Below, one piece after another: positions 61,195-64,000 of a DNA stretch of 64,000 nt. Positions within the stretch are counted from its first letter, which is position 1. Every line of letters begins with the position of its first letter. Location of the stretch: contig JAJZHE010000001.1 in assembly GCA_021804655.1 (NCBI GenBank), forward strand, positions 2,903-66,902. The letters are read 5' to 3'. The translations under genes and the position numbers were made by a program. Under the pieces are notes generated by a model. That model worked only from the letters and a program-made list of their open reading frames with translations. It was not told where the DNA came from and searched no databases. The stretch is from Acidobacteriota bacterium (GTDB lineage Bacteria > Acidobacteriota > Terriglobia > Terriglobales > Acidobacteriaceae).

Positions 61195-62997
61195 ATGTCC
61201 GTTTCCACCCCCGATTCCGCTGCTCCCATTCTGGCTGCTCCCGGCGGCAGTTTTCTGCTCGAAGATCGCCGTCCAGAGGAAGTTTTCACTCCGGAAGACC
61301 TCACCGAAGAGCAGCGCCAGATTGCCGACACCGCCGACCGCTTCGCTCGCGAACAACTCCTGCCTGCGGCTGCCGGCATCGAGGCCAAGCAGCCCGGTCT
61401 GTTGCGCTCACTGCTGGTTCAGGCGGCGGAGCTGGGATTCACAGCCGTCGATATCCCGGAGCAATATGGCGGCCTCGGCCTGGATAAAGTCACCTCTGCT
61501 CTTGTCGCCGATCACCTCTCCGCTCTCGCCAGTTTTTCCACATCGTTTGGCGCCCACACCGGCATCGGAACCCTGCCCATTGTCTGGTACGGCACCGAAG
61601 AGCAGAAGCAGCGTTACCTGCCCCGGCTTGCTTCCGCCGAGTGGGTCGCGGCGTACGCGCTCTCCGAGTCCACCTCCGGCTCCGACGCCATGAATATCCG
61701 CACCCGCGCCGCGCTTTCGCCCGACGGCTCCGAGTACATTCTCAACGGCGAAAAAATGTGGATCACCAACGCCGGTTTCGCCGATCTCTTCACCGTCTTT
61801 GCCAAGCTGGACGGCGACAAGTTTTCCGCCTTCCTGGTTGAACGCACCACCCCGGGACTCACCATCGGCAAGGAAGAACACAAACTCGGCATTCGCGGCT
61901 CCTCCACCTGTCCGCTCATCCTCGCCGACTGCCGCATTCCCGCCGCCAACCTCCTCGGCGAAGTCGGCAAAGGTCACCACATCGCCTTCAACATCCTGAA
62001 CGTAGGCCGCTTCAAGCTTGGTGCGGCCTGCCTCGGTGGTGCGCGGCTGGCCATCGAAGAGTCCATTCGCTATGCCAAAGACCGCATCGCCTTCGGCAAG
62101 CCGATCGCCAGCTTCGGCCTCATCCAACGCAAGATCGCCCGCTCCGTCGTTCATCTCTTCGCTGCTGAATCCATGGCTTATCGCACCATCGGCATGATGG
62201 ATTCGTCGCTTGCCTCGCTTTCCGCAGACGCTTCGCCGCGCGAGATTCAAAAGCGCATCGAGGAGTATGCCGTCGAGTGTTCCATCCTCAAGGTCTTCGG
62301 CTCGGAGATGCTCGGCCTTGTCGCTGACGAACTGGTGCAGATCATGGGCGGCTATGGCTACGTCGAGGACTACCCCGCCGAGCGCTTCTATCGCGATGCC
62401 CGCATCAACCGCATCTTCGAGGGCACCAACGAGATCAATCGCATGATTATCACCGGCTGGCTGATGAAGCGAGCCATGAGCGGCCAACTCCCGTTGCTGG
62501 GCGCCATTCGCAAGCTCATGGATGAACTTATGCAGCCGCCCTCCTTCGATACCTCCACCGGAGAGGACGCACCGCTGGCGCGCGAAGTTGCCCTGCTCAC
62601 CAGCCTGCGCAAAATCACCCTCGTGGCCGCCGGAGCCGCTTCCGAGCGCTTCATGACCGCACTGGCTGACCAGCAGGAGGTGATGGCCGATCTCTCCGAC
62701 TGCATCACGGCCATCTTTGCGCTGGATTCTTCGCTGTTGCGTGCGCAGAAACTCATCGCGGCCAATGCGCCTGCTGCATCGCTGGCGCAAAATATCTGCG
62801 CCGTCTACGCCGAAGAAGCTCTGGCAACCGTCGAGTCCAGCGCGCGCCGCGTCCTGGCCGCAGCCAACGAGGGCGATGCGCTCACCACGCGCATGGCCGT
62901 TCTGCGCCGCTTCGCCAAGTCCACTCCCATTGACTCGGTTGCGCTCAGCCGCCAGATTGCCCAAATCTGCATTGACGCGGGAAAGTACCGTTTCTGA
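61195..62997 (+). CDS. Acyl-CoA dehydrogenase (long FadE/ACAD9-VLCAD-like form)
   Basis: ALSESTSGSDA, NGEKMWITNA, KLGIRGS, RIAFGKPI, GGYGY, RIFEGTNEI. Confidence 0.93.
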   Translation: MSVSTPDSAAPILAAPGGSFLLEDRRPEEVFTPEDLTEEQRQIADTADRFAREQLLPAAAGIEAKQPGLLRSLLVQAAELGFTAVDIPEQYGGLGLDKVTSALVADHLSALASFSTSFGAHTGIGTLPIVWYGTEEQKQRYLPRLASAEWVAAYALSESTSGSDAMNIRTRAALSPDGSEYILNGEKMWITNAGFADLFTVFAKLDGDKFSAFLVERTTPGLTIGKEEHKLGIRGSSTCPLILADCRIPAANLLGEVGKGHHIAFNILNVGRFKLGAACLGGARLAIEESIRYAKDRIAFGKPIASFGLIQRKIARSVVHLFAAESMAYRTIGMMDSSLASLSADASPREIQKRIEEYAVECSILKVFGSEMLGLVADELVQIMGGYGYVEDYPAERFYRDARINRIFEGTNEINRMIITGWLMKRAMSGQLPLLGAIRKLMDELMQPPSFDTSTGEDAPLAREVALLTSLRKITLVAAGAASERFMTALADQQEVMADLSDCITAIFALDSSLLRAQKLIAANAPAASLAQNICAVYAEEALATVESSARRVLAAANEGDALTTRMAVLRRFAKSTPIDSVALSRQIAQICIDAGKYRF

Positions 62998-63096
62998 ACT
63001 GCTCCAGATACTTTCTAAGAAAATCCTCACCTCCGCACTGCCGGTCGCTTGCATACTCAACCTGCGACCGGCAGTTTTCTGCCTTGCGGAGTCTTC

Positions 63097-64000
63097 ATGT
63101 TCAGAACGTCTTCTTCGTCTCGCTTTCAGCGCACTCTCACGGGCTGCACGCTGGTCTTGCTCGCAGGAATGTTCTCCCGTGTGTCGTTCGCACAGCCGAC
63201 GATGGATACCGGCGCGCAGTTTCATCGCGCTCCGCTGATTACCCAGCCAGTCGATCCGGAACAGCGCGTCGTTCTCGTTGGCTCCCATCCTCTTCTGTCT
63301 GCCCATGCGCTCGATCTTGGCCCAGCAGCGCCGGAGTCCATTGCGCCGCGCATGCTGCTGCTGCTGCGACGCAGCGCTCCGGATGAGCAAGCGCTGCAAA
63401 CCCTGCTGCAATCCCAACAGAATCCGTCTTCGTCCAACTATCATCGCTGGCTCACGCCCGCTCAGTTTGCCGCGCGCTTCGCTCCCGTGGACTCCGATCT
63501 GGCCGCAGTGACCGCCTGGCTACAGTCACAGGGGTTTGCGGTTCAACGCGTCAGTGCCGGGCGCACCGTGATTGAGTTCTCCGGCTCCATTGCTCAGCTT
63601 CAAAGCGCTTTTCATCTCGTCATTCACCGGCTTTCCCTGGACGGCGATCAACACCTGGCTGCCGTCAACGATTCGCAGATTCCCTCCGCACTGGCGCCTG
63701 CCATCTCCGGGCTTGTGTCGCTCGGAGCTATTCCGCCACATCCTCTGGTTCGTCGTGGACCCTCGGCGACATTCAGTCAGGAATTGCGGAAATTTCTGTC
63801 AAATTCTGCACAGCGTCCCACGCATCTTCATCCTCAGGACACCACCACGACAGGCAGCGGCAACTTCCTGTATCTCGGACCTTCGGATGCAGCCACCATT
63901 TATGACTTGCCCAATCAGACTCTGAACCCGGCCTTCTCCGGCGCCACGCTCGATGGAACCGGCGTTACGATCGCCATCGCTTCAAACTCAGATATTGACC
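63097..64000 (+). CDS. S53 (sedolisin/kumamolisin) protease precursor, N-terminal part (3'-truncated; absent from the ORF track)
   Basis: Manual translation: signal peptide, then MLLLLRRS..LQTLLQSQQNPSSSNYHRWLTPAQFAARF pro-domain, then YLGPSDAATIYD and DGTGVTIAI. Confidence 0.85.
   Translation, partial: MFRTSSSSRFQRTLTGCTLVLLAGMFSRVSFAQPTMDTGAQFHRAPLITQPVDPEQRVVLVGSHPLLSAHALDLGPAAPESIAPRMLLLLRRSAPDEQALQTLLQSQQNPSSSNYHRWLTPAQFAARFAPVDSDLAAVTAWLQSQGFAVQRVSAGRTVIEFSGSIAQLQSAFHLVIHRLSLDGDQHLAAVNDSQIPSALAPAISGLVSLGAIPPHPLVRRGPSATFSQELRKFLSNSAQRPTHLHPQDTTTTGSGNFLYLGPSDAATIYDLPNQTLNPAFSGATLDGTGVTIAIASNSDID

Noticed and set aside
61408-63444. 678-aa minus-strand ORF
   Set aside because: Antisense shadow of the acyl-CoA dehydrogenase and S53 protease genes

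Overview
A 64 kb GC-rich bacterial chromosomal segment. The gene content suggests Acidobacteriota (Terriglobales-like), based on three Oar-type TonB-dependent receptors, a His-rich trigger factor, a fused RibH and Ig-rich surface proteins. Left part: mrdA(partial)-rodA-rne, an outer-membrane beta-barrel, pepP, clpX-clpP-tig, an exported mutarotase, a family-5 UDG, two paralogous hypothetical proteins, an amidohydrolase and an isoaspartyl peptidase. Middle (about 18.9-44.6 kb): a SusD-less polysaccharide-utilisation locus (TBDR, GH28, multidomain GH53, TBDR, TPR, beta-propeller sensor kinase, NarL-type regulator, GH2, GH5-like, GH31). Right part: CYTH, Sua5, Hfq-like, holB, a small membrane ORF plus TBDR, enoyl-CoA hydratase, nusB, ribH, a lipoprotein, an S9 peptidase, kdsA, a GT2, an acyl-CoA dehydrogenase and a partial S53 protease. 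No tRNA, rRNA, CRISPR array or mobile element was recognised. Most interesting signals: (1) a leaderless membrane uORF whose stop region base-pairs with the Shine-Dalgarno of the downstream TBDR, a candidate arrest-peptide attenuator; (2) an internal TM-RRK-TM-lipobox cassette splitting the last Ig domain of GH53, a candidate C-terminal sorting system; (3) an 18-bp palindrome present three times at a fixed distance from -10 boxes, defining the PUL regulon; (4) pervasive leaderless promoters; (5) a GC-skew/KOPS inversion suggesting the replication terminus. All calls come from motif recognition by eye; no database searches were run.
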